64,000 nt of DNA, taken from contig RHPI01001403.1 of NCBI GenBank assembly GCA_009103225.1, positions 40,327-104,326 on the forward strand, given 5' to 3'. Every line of letters begins with the position of its first letter. Position 1 is the stretch's first letter. Below the pieces are notes generated by a model that ran no database searches, was not told where the DNA came from, and saw only the letters and a list, made by a program, of their open reading frames with translations. The DNA comes from Chlorokybus atmophyticus (lineage: Eukaryota; Plantae; Mesostigma and Chlorokybus algae). Below are positions 38,711 to 51,128 of the stretch, piece after piece. The position numbers and the translations under genes were made by a program.

Positions 38711-41083
38711 CTGTCAGAGTTTCAGGCAATCAGCCCTGAAAAAGTAGAGGAGGCCAGACGAGTGATTGCAGCAGAAGATGAGAGAAGGAGAAAGCAAGCT
38801 GCGCAAGTGCTTCAGCTAAACGCACAGCTAGCTGAGCGACAACGTGCCGAGCAGCAGCCTGCAAGCTCCTCGCACCGTGTTGCTCCAGTCACTCGTCACG
38901 AAACAGGTGAACAGGCCTAGGCTTCATGCTCAGCAATGTCAGGCAAGATTGCAGTGCATTATCCAAGCAGCCTGCTGATCTTGAGCACTAACCGCTGAAC
39001 ACAGTGTTAACCATCAAGTGACTGCTTACTAAGCAGTAACTGCCCGACACTAATGTTGTTGGTTAAGTGCTAGCTAGCTTGGGTCTGTTGGTGCCACCAG
39101 TGTGCATAGCTAACCTTGTACATGTAGCTAACTTGGTGGAGTTGCTTGCTAGCTTTGTCCATTGGTACCGATTGTATGCTTCTTGCACTGTTTGCTGCCT
39201 ACACTATCAGTCATAAGAGTGACAATGTTGCTTGCTACTTCAAGTAGTAAGCATCAACAACATTGTCAAGTTGATGCGTTCCTGTACATGCCAATCCGCA
39301 GCTACAGCATGCTTTGCTCACCAATGCTTTGAAATTCGCAACACCGACGGTCACAAGAGTGACATGTTGTTGCTGCTTGCTACTTGAAGTAGCAAGCAGC
39401 AACAACATTGTCAAGTTGATGTACATGCTTATCCGCAGCTACAGCATGCTTCGCTCACCAATGGTTTGCCATATGCAGCACCGACGGTAACATCTAGTGA
39501 GCACCATGAAGCTGGGCAGCTTGATGAGCACAAAGACGAGGCTTGGAGAGGTGCTGAGGTGGTGAGTGCAAGTGTAGATCCATGTTGACTATGATGTTTT
39601 ATGTTGTTCTATGTTGCCTTATGTTTTAGCGGTGTACATGGCTGTGTGTACAGAAACGTGGGAGTCTGGTGAACCTCATGGCTCTCTCGCAACCACACGA
39701 GCCACGCCATCTATGCGGTGAGGACGTGTACAAGCATGCGGCTAGGGTGAGAATGTGGCACAGCTTGCAACTTTGCAACTACGTTTCTCTCACATTCGTC
39801 AGAGCGTGCAAAGCTTTGCGTGATGCCCATGCCGCATGACCCTGCGACAGGAGCGTGCCAAAGCTTTGCGTGATGCCTTCCTTGAGAAAGGCATACGCCT
39901 TCAGCACCAGAAGCAAGGCATAGTTGACGCGATCATGAGGTAGGTAAGGTATGTGCTTGTCTTGCACATCATAGACTCACTGAATGATCGACTACATAGT
40001 TCTGAACATCGAGTTCCCGGACTATGATGACAAGGAGCTCAAGTACATCATGCGGCGCACAATGTCAAACCGTGATCATTACAGGAAGCGCAAGGTGAGC
40101 TTGATGCTTACGCTAACTTGCTGTCATGTTGCATGGCTGCTTGTGGTTTATATTGTTGAGCGCAGGCTGCAGGCAAAGTGACAAGCAAAGCAAAGAAACC
40201 ACGAGACGACGGGCGCGCTCAGACAGCCCAAAACCCAGCTCCACAACCGACTCAAAAACCAGCAAGGGTCCCATTGCAGGAACAGTTGAACAAGAGTGCC
40301 GCGGCAAGCAGCTGCCCAGGGTCTCAACCCGTTGCATGTAGCCAAGCAACGGACATCTCCTTGGACGACCAGCTTCTTGATGTAAGTTAGAGAACGTCAC
40401 AACTCAGCACGCACTCTGTACATTCACACGGTGTTGGTAATCACAGGTGATCGGACAAGCTCAGCGGACTGGTGACAAGGAGAACGATCAGTCATTTTCA
40501 CAAGTGCACCTGTGGTTGAGCCGAGGTGCAAAGCCAGTGGGTAAGGCGCGGTGCTGCACTGAGGGGAGTGGTAATGTCCACAACCACGTGCTGCAGACAG
40601 GTAGCGTCTCAGAACAGGCTGTTCGTGTGTGTGCGCGCACGCATGCGTGTACGCGCACACACGTGCGTGCATGCGTGGGTGGGTGGGTATTGGCTTATCA
40701 CTAAGTTGATGTTGAGAATTGTTTGTCCACTAGGTGAGATTGCAGTGTGGTTTGATGAGGCGCTGCAGGGCAATGCCAATCTGCCCATCAAGACCAACTC
40801 GTGGACAAAGATCAAGGATGTGGAGATAGGATCCCGCATCGCATGGCCGGAAGCATGCATTGGTAAGTTAAGACAAAATTGCTTGAAGCTGTATGTGTGT
40901 TAATTATGCGCCAAGATGTTCACCAACAGTTTGTGCACCGCAGCACCGGTTGACATGGTGCGCCACAAAGCGTGTGATGGTCAGGGCTGCGCGGAGTGCG
41001 AAAATGGCTTTTGCAGCAAGGCCAAGGTGGTGCAGAAGGCGGGGCCCCGTGCGCGCAGGCCGGTGACGCGCATGAACGTCTAA
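38711..41083 (+). CDS. TnpA/TNP1-like accessory protein of element B (multi-exon)
   Basis: Coiled-coil exon; VLNIEFPDYDDKELKYIMRRTMSNRDHYRKRK; EIAVWFDEALQGNANLP...DVEIGSRIAWP; phase-1 intron to last exon APVDMVRHKACDGQGCAECENGFCSK...TAA. Start is uncertain. Confidence 0.65.
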
Positions 41084-41929
41084 CAGTTTTTGACTAGCCG
41101 GTTACGTGTAGCGGCTTGATAGCTACCTGATACATCCTTGTAGTTAGCGCTCAAAATCTGATCACCAGCACTTGAGTCGTAGCGTTCGTGAATAGCACTT
41201 GGTGGTGCAGTTGCTGCGTTCAAACATTGGGTGCTGATTAGCAGCAATGCAAGTATAAATACAAGTGCATTGCTTGTACATGTTGGGCTGCTGAATGCCA
41301 GCACTTCAAGTGCGAATGCAAGCCGTTGCATGTGTGCAATGCATAACACAAATTCAAGTCACAATGACTGAATTCCAGCATTACGAAGTGCATGACAGTC
41401 AGTCACAAAACGCTGACTTTCAGCACTGGTATCAACGGTGAGGAGCTAGTGTAAAGCATGACTGTCAGGTGCAAACGTCTGACATTAGGACTGACATTTT
41501 AAGACGTAGTGGTAGGAGACCTTTGTGACTGATTGTAAGCTACTTACAGCTGATTTCGCAACGTCTGAATACCGCCCTGATTTTGTAGTGCTGTTACGCC
41601 CTTCCGAGCCAGTTTGCATAAGGCAGTTCTGCGAGTTTCCAAGCCCGAACGCTTAAGAGTTGTTCGCAGTACTAGACCGTGCACGTCCAGCCACTGATCC
41701 ATGATTAGATCTCTTAGTGACACACAATTTCTATCCCGCATGCCTCGACAAGGTTGAGCGCAGACTGATACACCCATAGGAGAGCAATTAAACAGCCTAA
41801 CAAGTGCTGTGACAAACGTTACACAGCCCCAACGTGGCTGTCACATTCTGCCAGTTGCGCTCTGGCCGTGCATTCACACAGTTCAAACAACGTTCTCCAC
41901 GGCGTGTACACTTGGTGTATATATCGCGG

Positions 41930-44563
41930 GTCGCATGGTGACGACGAAAACAATTGGTGTGCATGCAACCGCATCACCCCTGTCACAGGCTACCAACATT
42001 TTGCACAGCTACTCTCAGTTCGTTGAGGCTATCCAAAAGGCGAAGCAACACTGGCTGACTACAGTCGCTGCTGCGGCTATGCACATAAGCCAGTCCTGTT
42101 GCTGTAGGCTTGGTGTAGGCTTGTTGGTGTAGGCAGAGTGGCCAGCGCAAGAACTATTCAAAAGGCACGAAACACACGCTGGGAATGCTGGTCGAGTCTG
42201 TCGCTTCTGTCGCGAATATTTGCAGCTAGATGCTGCAAGAACCTTGAAAAAGCGCAGCTCTCTTAGCGCTGCTCTGTAACGAATATATTGGATTGATGTT
42301 GCAACACTTAACAATACTGTACTGCACTGGGTATGCTGCTTCCTTGAGAGCGAGTAAGATGTTTGTGTACAAAGCTGTGACATGATGCAAGCACACAATG
42401 CAAACACATCACACCTTCACTGCACAGCATTGAGCATGGTAGACGTAACGGTGCTGTCAACTGCATGCGCAAACGGTTGGCCTGGGGAAGAGCAACATCA
42501 AGTACTAGCATGTGTTGGAAACGCACCCTTCACATAATTCAAACATAGTATAAAAACAACCAGTAACATAAGACTCAAGCGCTACACGCTACCAATGAAC
42601 ATGCACTCATGCAGTTATGCACACACAGCTCTACGCGCAAGTTCTCCAGACACTCACAGACGTGTGTACGCTCTCTTTCATTGGCACGCTCATGCACTCT
42701 CACTTGTACTGTCTCATATCCACACAAACTTGCGGCCACTCTCTTCAACACACGCCCAGCAAGCAAAATCCGCCAACATTCTCTTGCAACCAGACATGCA
42801 TGTCTGCTCTAACACACAATGGCCATCATGATGAGGAGAACTTTGAGAAGTGCAGACCAGCTGATTGCGTGCAAATGGGATTGAGAGGATGAGAAGCAGG
42901 AGAGGGAAGGCAGACGCGGCGGAGTGGGAGCCAACCTGTAATACATTCACCTTTGCTGCTAATGCCGGTAAAGGGGAGGAAGCCACCCACCAGGCGGCGA
43001 GAATGACGCCTCTTTACTCCACGACGAAGACGAGAAGGCTGCCGCCGCTCCCGCCCACAAGGACAAGCTGACGATGAGCTTGATGGCTACAGTGTTATCA
43101 GCATGACAGAGTTTGGTGGCGGCGGCGCATGAAGAGGAGGCAGTGGGTGTACGCTAGGTGTGTAGCAACTACTCTTGTTCTCCTGGTAAGTAGTAGTAGC
43201 AGAAATCAACCTGCCGCCTTTCCAACTCTCACTCCCGCGCCCCATCCTTTCTATTGCTTTCTCGTGCATGGGCATTGCTAAAACTTCATGTGTGTTGCTG
43301 TCACTCTTGGTACACCTACGCACATACTCATGGTACACCACCACAGCCCTTGCACACAGTCATGCGCGCTCTTACACACAAGCGCACCTGCATGCATGCG
43401 CACTGGCAGTCTGTCAAGCAGACAGCAGACCCAAGTCGCCTCTCAAGAAAACAAATGCAACCCCATGCTTTGTCTATTTGCCCATTGCTTGCGGTAAGTG
43501 CCATCGTCACTGATGAATGACAATCGCATTTACACCATCGTCATTGATCCGATTAACGGACACCTTGCCCTTGTATGCACTACCGCCAAACATTGTGCCT
43601 GTTGTACAGTGTGGGAGTCTCTTCTATCCACCGCATCCAGCACAGATTGTGCATGTGCGAGTGCGTGTTATCTACATGACATACTATGTGTACTTGGGCA
43701 ACAACATCATTCATTGACAACTGCACATCACGTGTGCATGTTCAAGGGGGTTGTAGCTGCACGCCTCACACGCAGGTTCATGCGTAATGAGGTAGATGCG
43801 AGCGAGCGTGGTCGTGCGAGTGGGCCACGGGTCGTGTCAGCCCAGGTACATGGTGGCAATGTTGGTGACAAGAGTGATGAGATGGGTTGACGGGCTGGCT
43901 AGATTAGTGATTCAGTCATCGTCGCTATGCTGCTACGGCATTGTGAGTCTACTTCAGCCAGCACAGCATTGCGACATGAACGCAATGTTGTTGGTGTTGA
44001 TGATCTGTTTATAGTCTGTAGGTTTGCACAGGCTTCACATGCAGACAAAATTTGTCTCAATGGTTCGCACAACCACCAACAATGGACTCGCAGGCGATCT
44101 GACACATACGTGGACACATGACTCATGTGTGCAAGTGCAGTTGGAAGGGTTGTTGCAAACTAGCAAAGTGGGTTAATAAGCCCACAAATGTAGCAACCAT
44201 TGCATCATCCCCAAACACTAGGTATGTACATTGAGTTCAGTAAGTTACTGACTATTGTAGGTGGTAAGTTGCATAGTTGGCTGATGGTTTCATGATGTGT
44301 CACCAACATGTCCACTCCAACTAGTCACCAATGACAACGTGCATGCTTTATGTCGATACAGCGAGGATGTGTTGTAGTTGACGGTTGGAAAACGTCACTG
44401 CACTCCAATCGGACAACTTGTACTTGTCCGTAAGTTTGTATACCTGTTATGAGTGCTGCTGATCTGTCACATCCATAGCTATCATCAAGCCAATGGTACA
44501 TGTACTTCGTCACACAACCCCGACAACAAATGCTGATGCAATGGTGGAAGGCGACATGTAATG

Positions 44564-44597
<34 letters not shown>

Positions 44598-45000
44598 TTG
44601 TTGTTGCTGTTGTTTTTGTTGTTGTTGTTGTTGTTGTTGTTCACATGCATGTGCATTGACGCACACATGTGTCTGCGCGCACGCGCACATACTTACAGGT
44701 TTAATCACATTATAAAACGCTTTGTACTATCCCTTTGCGACCACTCATGCTGCATACAACTGCGTTGTCAACTGCTGACTCCAGGCCACATCAACGGTGC
44801 AAAAGCGTTTGTAGAAACCAATGTTGAGCAAGTGGTGGCAGGCGCGAGGCAGGTGCATGCCAGCCAGAACCTACCAGTCACCTGCAGTAGGACAGGTTGT
44901 AGATACCGAAACGCAGCATAAATGCACGCAAATATGTATGCTGGCCGCGGAACGCAGGGTTAACATTATTAATAAACAACATGACAGCAACGAGCTGGCT
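41930..45000. repeat. Diverged segmental duplication, copy 1 (decayed minus-strand multi-exon sequence)
   Basis: Colinear similar blocks with 54900-58250, e.g. GCAACCGCATCACCC, GAGCATGGTAG..GTAACGGTGCTGTCAACTGC, CTCAAGCGCTACA, GACATGCATGTC. Boundaries are approximate. Confidence 0.8.
44567..44641. repeat. Compound (CTG)n(GTT)n microsatellite
   Basis: Direct reading of the sequence. Confidence 0.95.
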
Positions 45001-46780
45001 GCTACCATGTTGTCAGCAGCATGTCTTGAAGGCAAGCAGTGACAGCTTTCGTGCAGAAGGTATATCACGCGCACTAGTCACTTCCTGGCGCGTGAATGCT
45101 TACTGTCGGTTACTGCTAATTTCATGTTTATGAGCCACTCGTACCCGCCGACCTCAGCGTCACGAGGATCCATGAGTCCTAGTGCCTTGTCTGCAGGTAT
45201 GAAAGTGGCTCAGTAACACAGGTAGGCTTGGTACTGAGCCAGTACCAAGCCTACCTGTATGTTGCATTAGCTGCAGTCATCAGCACTTGCCACACTGGCT
45301 GCAGCTTGCTCCATTACAAAAGCACGTCCTAGACGTGGTACATAACATTTAAGTGACTGGGAACAGCTTTGCCCAAGCAAGCTTGTCGTATAGCAGCAGC
45401 AAACACTGCGCAACCCAGGCTCAAAGCTTAAAACAGCAGCAGAGGGTATGCAGCACCGTGCGTGTTGCTGCCAGCTGGAGCGCAGCTGGTGCGCAGTACG
45501 GATGTCATATAGTGGGCGGCTTGCACCACTCATCCCCAGCAGCAGAGCGGCCTACATGACGTCTCAGCTCAGCCCTGCAGGCCCCTCCTCCGCCCAACCA
45601 CGGGCATGCAGGTTCCTCTGTAGCATAGCTCGCACAGCAACTTCACGGCTTGGTCATGGAATTTCCAACAACAGAGCCCATACTGCAAGTCCAATCTTTG
45701 CCGCAAAGACTTTGTCAGAAGGTGAGGTTGTAAGTTATAATGCAATGTCACGATAATTTACAACCATTATGTGCTTTTTGACCCGGCAACATGTTTCGTA
45801 TGACAAGAAACATGTCGCATGTAGCCGATGAGAGAAAGTCAAGGTCTCCGCAAGACTTTCTCCGACTTCCCACAGACGGAGTTCTCTTGCATTAGACTGA
45901 GCCAGTGTTGACGCTGTGGGCGGGCGGGAGGGAGGAGGGGGCGGCGACGCTGCCGTTGAGCTAAAGGGCTAAGGGCAAAGGCAGCCCAGGCTTGCGCCTG
46001 TCGGAAGGAGCGCTGCTCGCCGAGGTTGCTGGCTGGCCGCGTCAGCAAGGAGGCAGTGTCATGGCTCTGAAGCTGTTCCCAATCTCCGGCGCTTGCTGCT
46101 GGAGCAAGGAAGCCTGAAGCCTAAGCCTAGTAAGAGGTCGGTGTGGCTTGCTAGCCAGAAGGTGCAACACGCCGTCAGTGCTGCCTGTTTGTGTATCGAC
46201 TAGTGCCAGTGACAGCTTGCAAAGCTTGCTCAACCTTGGCTTACATGCATGCACACATACCGGCGTAGCACTGTACTGCTTACGTTGCTTGATTGATCCT
46301 GGCCGCTGTAGCGAACATTTGGCTTCTGTCATTCGTTTTCGCGTTGTTTGGCGTGGTCGCTCGTTAGCCATGCTGTGAACATGTCCGTAAGCTGTTGCCG
46401 TCATGCTCGCCAGCTGAACTGAGTAGCGCCATGCATACTCATCACCATATGGTTCATGCTCGCTAGCTGAACTCAGCAGTGCCATGGCCAGCCCGAGTCG
46501 TCGCAGCTTGGCTGGGCTGGTAATTGGTTTGGAGCAGCTTATCCCAAGCTTATCTGGCTGGCAAGCGTGCACTCATTGAGTAAGCCTGGCATGCGGTTTA
46601 GTTTGCAGGCGCGTTTGCACTGCTGAGGGGTGTTGCAACATCTCCGCTCAAGGCAATGGGATTGGGATGAACATCAACATAAACACCCTCTGGCATGCGC
46701 AGTGCCCAAGTCCGCTGTACAAAGGGGAAGGAGCAAGAGCAAGAGCGCATGCACGCGTGGGGTTCATTACAACCCAACAG

Positions 46781-47476
46781 ATGGCTGAACCAGCGCCTCC
46801 CTGGCCCAGCATCCTCGCCTGTCTGGTCGGCTTGCTCGGGTTCTTGTTTGGACTATACGCTTTTGTGCGCAATAGGGAAGACGCTCGGAACAGGCAGGCA
46901 GCAGAGCTGTCTATGAAGTACGATGGTGTTGATGACGCAATGGATGTTATCAAGCAGTTCCAGGACGAACAGGACTACTATGTTGCCTTCAAAAAGAACC
47001 GGCCACCACAGATTGAGAAAGCTCGGGTTAAACTGAAGAACTTCTGGGATTGGGTTACAACGCAGTACGAACGCGGTTCCATACCGAAGGACGTGCTTTC
47101 TTCCACAAGCGACTGGCTCGCAAGAGGCAACAATTACCGGATGCTGGTAGAGCCAATTGACATTGCCAACTGGTACTCTACAAAAGGGGCTAATTACCAT
47201 GGCACCTCGGGCAAGCATTACCTTCGTCTCTCGGTTGCTGAGGTTGTTGTGCGGCCGCGGCGTTACTACCTGCTGGAGCAGGCATACCGCAAGGCGTACC
47301 CCGAGAGGCATGAAAGCTCAATCAACTACGCATTGCAGGAGCTCGTCACTGCTGGGGTGAGAGGGGCCCGGCAACCCGATGATGACCTCAGGCAGCAGGC
47401 TCATCAGCTCTCCGATGAGAAAGCGGAGTCATCAACGTTACTTCGCAAGCTGCTAAGGAGGATGAGGCTCATTTAG
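46781..47476 (+). CDS. Intact intronless 231-aa protein with N-terminal TM helix and helical soluble domain (DUF4760-like resemblance)
   Basis: Open frame with no lesions; TM segment ILACLVGLLGFLFGLYAFV followed by RNR; core ARVKLKNFWDWVTTQYERGSIP...LVEPIDIAN. Confidence 0.7.
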   Translation: MAEPAPPWPSILACLVGLLGFLFGLYAFVRNREDARNRQAAELSMKYDGVDDAMDVIKQFQDEQDYYVAFKKNRPPQIEKARVKLKNFWDWVTTQYERGSIPKDVLSSTSDWLARGNNYRMLVEPIDIANWYSTKGANYHGTSGKHYLRLSVAEVVVRPRRYYLLEQAYRKAYPERHESSINYALQELVTAGVRGARQPDDDLRQQAHQLSDEKAESSTLLRKLLRRMRLI

Positions 47477-48875
47477 GTAGTTAGCCTATCTCTCGGACTG
47501 TTGTAATCCACCTCGCACTTGCCAATTTGCGAGGCAGTGAGGAGACATAGTAGCCTTTGTCTGCGAACAGTTTCAACACGTAGAATTATATGAGATGCAC
47601 ACCAACTGCTCGTGTGCATGCATACAATGCAACCCAATATATGCGTGTACAGCTTGATGGTCATTCGCATCTAAAGAATATGCCGTTTAGCGGTGTGAGG
47701 ATAAGTGTGGGGCAAACGTCAGAGCTAAGAAAGTTAACTTCATGCACCACGTGTTGGTAATGAGCGTGTCCGTGACTGTGTGGGTGTGAGAGTGTGTGTC
47801 ATAGAGTCTTGTGCTGCTTGCTGTGTGTGTGCTTGCTGTGCTGGTGCTTTTCTTGCATTGGAACTACTGGGAAGCCTATAAATGAGCATGACGCGCTACA
47901 CGACCGGTGTACATATATATATAGAGTGGTAGGCACGTCTGCACGTGTAAAAGCATCTGTTGGCAACACATGACGACTAGAACCAACTACCCAAGCTCCT
48001 CATAAACCCTGTTCAGTACGTTGTGTACTTGTCGTGCATCCCCGCCCCCAATGTATCAGCTGCGGTCAGCTCTTCAACGACAATTCCTCGTAAAACTTAG
48101 CACACGGCCAGAGTCACCTGAAGCATCATGAGAACAAACGCAAATCACAGCATGCATTGCTATCATGCAGACGTGCCTGCTTACTGCATACAATGCCAGA
48201 CATTGGGGTTTGTTGATGACAGCGACCATGCGCTGTTCACCACTAGTAATAATGTGACAAGTGGTACCTTTGTGCCGGCCATGACTAGTACTGGTTCTTA
48301 AAGTCCACAACGACGTCTATGTTGTCTGATTGCAATTGCTCGGCAAGCCTCCACACGTGCTCTTGGTGTTGGTTGTCGAACTGGCGGTAGCTGCTGAACA
48401 CTGTCAATTTTGCCATTTGGCGTCGCGGACAGTGCCCCTCGTAGCCTCTTGTCCCTGCCCGCTACTTTGCACAGCAACTGCAAAATGTTACAAGCATGGT
48501 TAAGCATGTGTCGCAATAGACATGCTCTGCATGCTTTACAAGCAAAGCTGTAGCGAAATTACACTTACGCAATAGCAGCATTGTTGAAAGCAGCCGAGTT
48601 CAGGTATTATGCAGCACTACCATGGTTGAGGTACGTGGTTTCAGTAACCAGCGCCAGTGACAATGGATGCAGCCGCAGCCAGCACTGCAGGCAGCCTCCG
48701 AGATACCCGTCCGCCCATCTCAAGCAAGCATTTCTGCTTCTACTTTTGCTCCTCCGCCAAGAGTGGTGCAGTCCAGGCTTACAGATGGGTGCAGTGCGCC
48801 AGCTTTTGTTCAGCAGTAGCCATGTCAGAACCCACCAACAGCTGCGCAAGACACAAAAGATTGTCAACGGGAGAG

Positions 48876-48966
48876 GGGGGGGGGGGGGGGGGGGGGGGGG
48901 NNNNNNNNNNNNNNNNNNNNNNNNNNNNNNNNNNNNNNNNNNNNNNNNNNNNNNNNNNNNNNNNNN
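48876..48966. other. Poly-G tract and assembly gap
   Basis: G run followed by N at 48901-48966. Confidence 0.98.
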
Positions 48967-51128
48967 ATCGCATACACAACATGCTCAAGATGTTCGTTGT
49001 GGACCCGCCCTACGAGAAGACTTCCCAGCAGGGGGGTGAGTGTTATCGGCTGAGGTAGATTACAACGGAAGTTGACTACATACGTGTCCTGTCCATCAGT
49101 TGTTCTGGTTTATTGGTGGTTTGCGACAACTTGCGTGATAATATCTTGCAATTGCACTACCGCAAAGCCAACACTGTTACTGCCCGCAGTAAGGCCCCAA
49201 CGACATTGACAATGAAATTGCACATCATGTGACTCTGAGTACCACAGCATGCTTCCCTTAAGTTACGCAGCTGCACACAAGGAGCTAAAGTACTGAATGG
49301 CTGCAAGAAGCACACCTTTTCTTACAAATGCAAGTGAAGATGTGTGTGCGCGTGCGTGCGTGACGTGTGTGTGTGCATGCATGCCAGTGTGTATGTACAT
49401 AGACGCATGCATACACACGCACAGGCGCTCATCAGCATGTGTGCGGTACCTACAGATGCTGTTGCGCGAGCTGTGAAGTTGCTTTAGCCAACAAACTCTC
49501 TGGAGTGCTGGTTGAGCAGCAGCAATTGGGGACAACAGGTGGGACTATGTCCGTAGGAACGACGAAGCGGCGAAGGCAGTAAGACGCTAGAACGGCCAGG
49601 CATTGCCGAGCGCTGAGCAGCGGCGGAAGGCGCGGGGCGGGGCGGGGCGTGGAGGTGGCGGAGCTGAAAGGCGACGACGCCTCGCACAGGCAGGGGGACA
49701 ACAGCAGGGGAGGCGGGGCGCAAAGCGCAGCTGAAGCCAGCTGACTTCACCGGGTGCGTTGCCATTGGTGGTCGTCTGCGGACGCTGGTGGTGGTGAGCA
49801 AAGATGCCAGAACAGCATGCCAGCTAGCTAGCCACACTCAGGTAGCCATGCAATGCTTGACAGAGACGCATCCCACTCGCTGCCAGCTGGTGGTGCTGGC
49901 TTGATTGAGTACTGCTACATGTAGTAGTGGTGCCATGGCAGGACAATTGCTGTTTCATCTTGTGAATGCATGTGCAAGCAAAAGAGCACTGGATAGGATG
50001 TCAACCGTTCAACTGAGTTTTAGGGTTGGTCGCAGTCTCAGTGCAGCCGCCCGCTGGTTGTCGTGTTGAGACTACACAGTCATTGACACCGACACTGGCA
50101 CTAGGTGAGCAAAGCCAAAGGTCGGCCAGCACTAAAAGCATTCAAAACCATACCTTGCTGAATAATCTCCTGTTGGCGTGGGCAACGGCTGTAGCAGTGG
50201 CAGGACGTCGCGGCTGGTGTTGTGGAGTGCCGCTTGCTGTGCTGGACATCGTTGAAACAGGTGGTAGTGGGTTGTATGCTGACTGTCGGCGGAGTGGCCA
50301 TCCAAGCTGGCTCCCATTTTGGCGCGCGCTATCAGGTATGAGGCAGGCGCTAAGGCTATCAACATCAGCATTCAACTTGCGCATCGTATGCTAACTATGC
50401 TTATGTACTTAGTTTTGAACACTGTGTGGTGTTTGTTGAAACATAGTGCATATAATGCCAATTGCTGTGCGAAAACAAGTTGTATGCACTGCATGGCCAC
50501 ATGTCGCACAGTTGCAGGATGCGGAGGCTTTTGTTAGCTGCCCTGCTATTGTATGGTGGTATGCGGAAGTGTAGCGCACAAGCAAGGCAATACACTTGTC
50601 ACTTACATACCTTGCATAGTGCACAAATGGCACGTTCTCAATGCAAAGGCTGCGTATGTGGCTTTAACGCAAAAACGCTGTACTGTGCACGCGTTGCACA
50701 TGCACTGTGCATGCTCTGCGTCAAGCTCTGAGTGCTTCTTACGCTCAGCGCGTGGTTCTTTGCATCAAGGGGATGCTAGAACAGCAGCGGCAGCGTGAGT
50801 GCCACTCCAGTGGATATGGGAGCAAAGGGCCTGAGAGTTGCAATGCAGGAATAATCTGTCGACGTTTCTGTTTTCAAGCAGCGCCAGCTGCGTTGCAATG
50901 CAGTAGGCAGCTGGCCGCAGCAGCGGCGACGTCTCGTTCCTCAGCTGCAGGTATGCTTCAAGCCACTGACTTATTGAAGCCTTGCTGAGCAGGTTCTCAC
51001 GGTTTATACTGATCAGTATAAACCGCTTACTGCAGGCTTCAGTTGGACATCCTCACTGTACCTCCTTCAACCTGGTGCTGTGCTGCTGCGGAAGCCGCTG
51101 GTGGTGTACTGCAGCTCACCGTGGAGTC

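Larger units (their letters stand above)
32250..41590. mobile_element. CACTA/En-Spm DNA transposon B (9,341 bp)
   Basis: Left CACTACAAAAATATTGCC..TTCAGACGT; right (reverse complement) CACTACAAAATCAGGGC..TTCAGACGT; TSD CTG at 32247-32249 and 41591-41593; TCAG/CTGA subterminal motifs at both ends. Confidence 0.95.
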
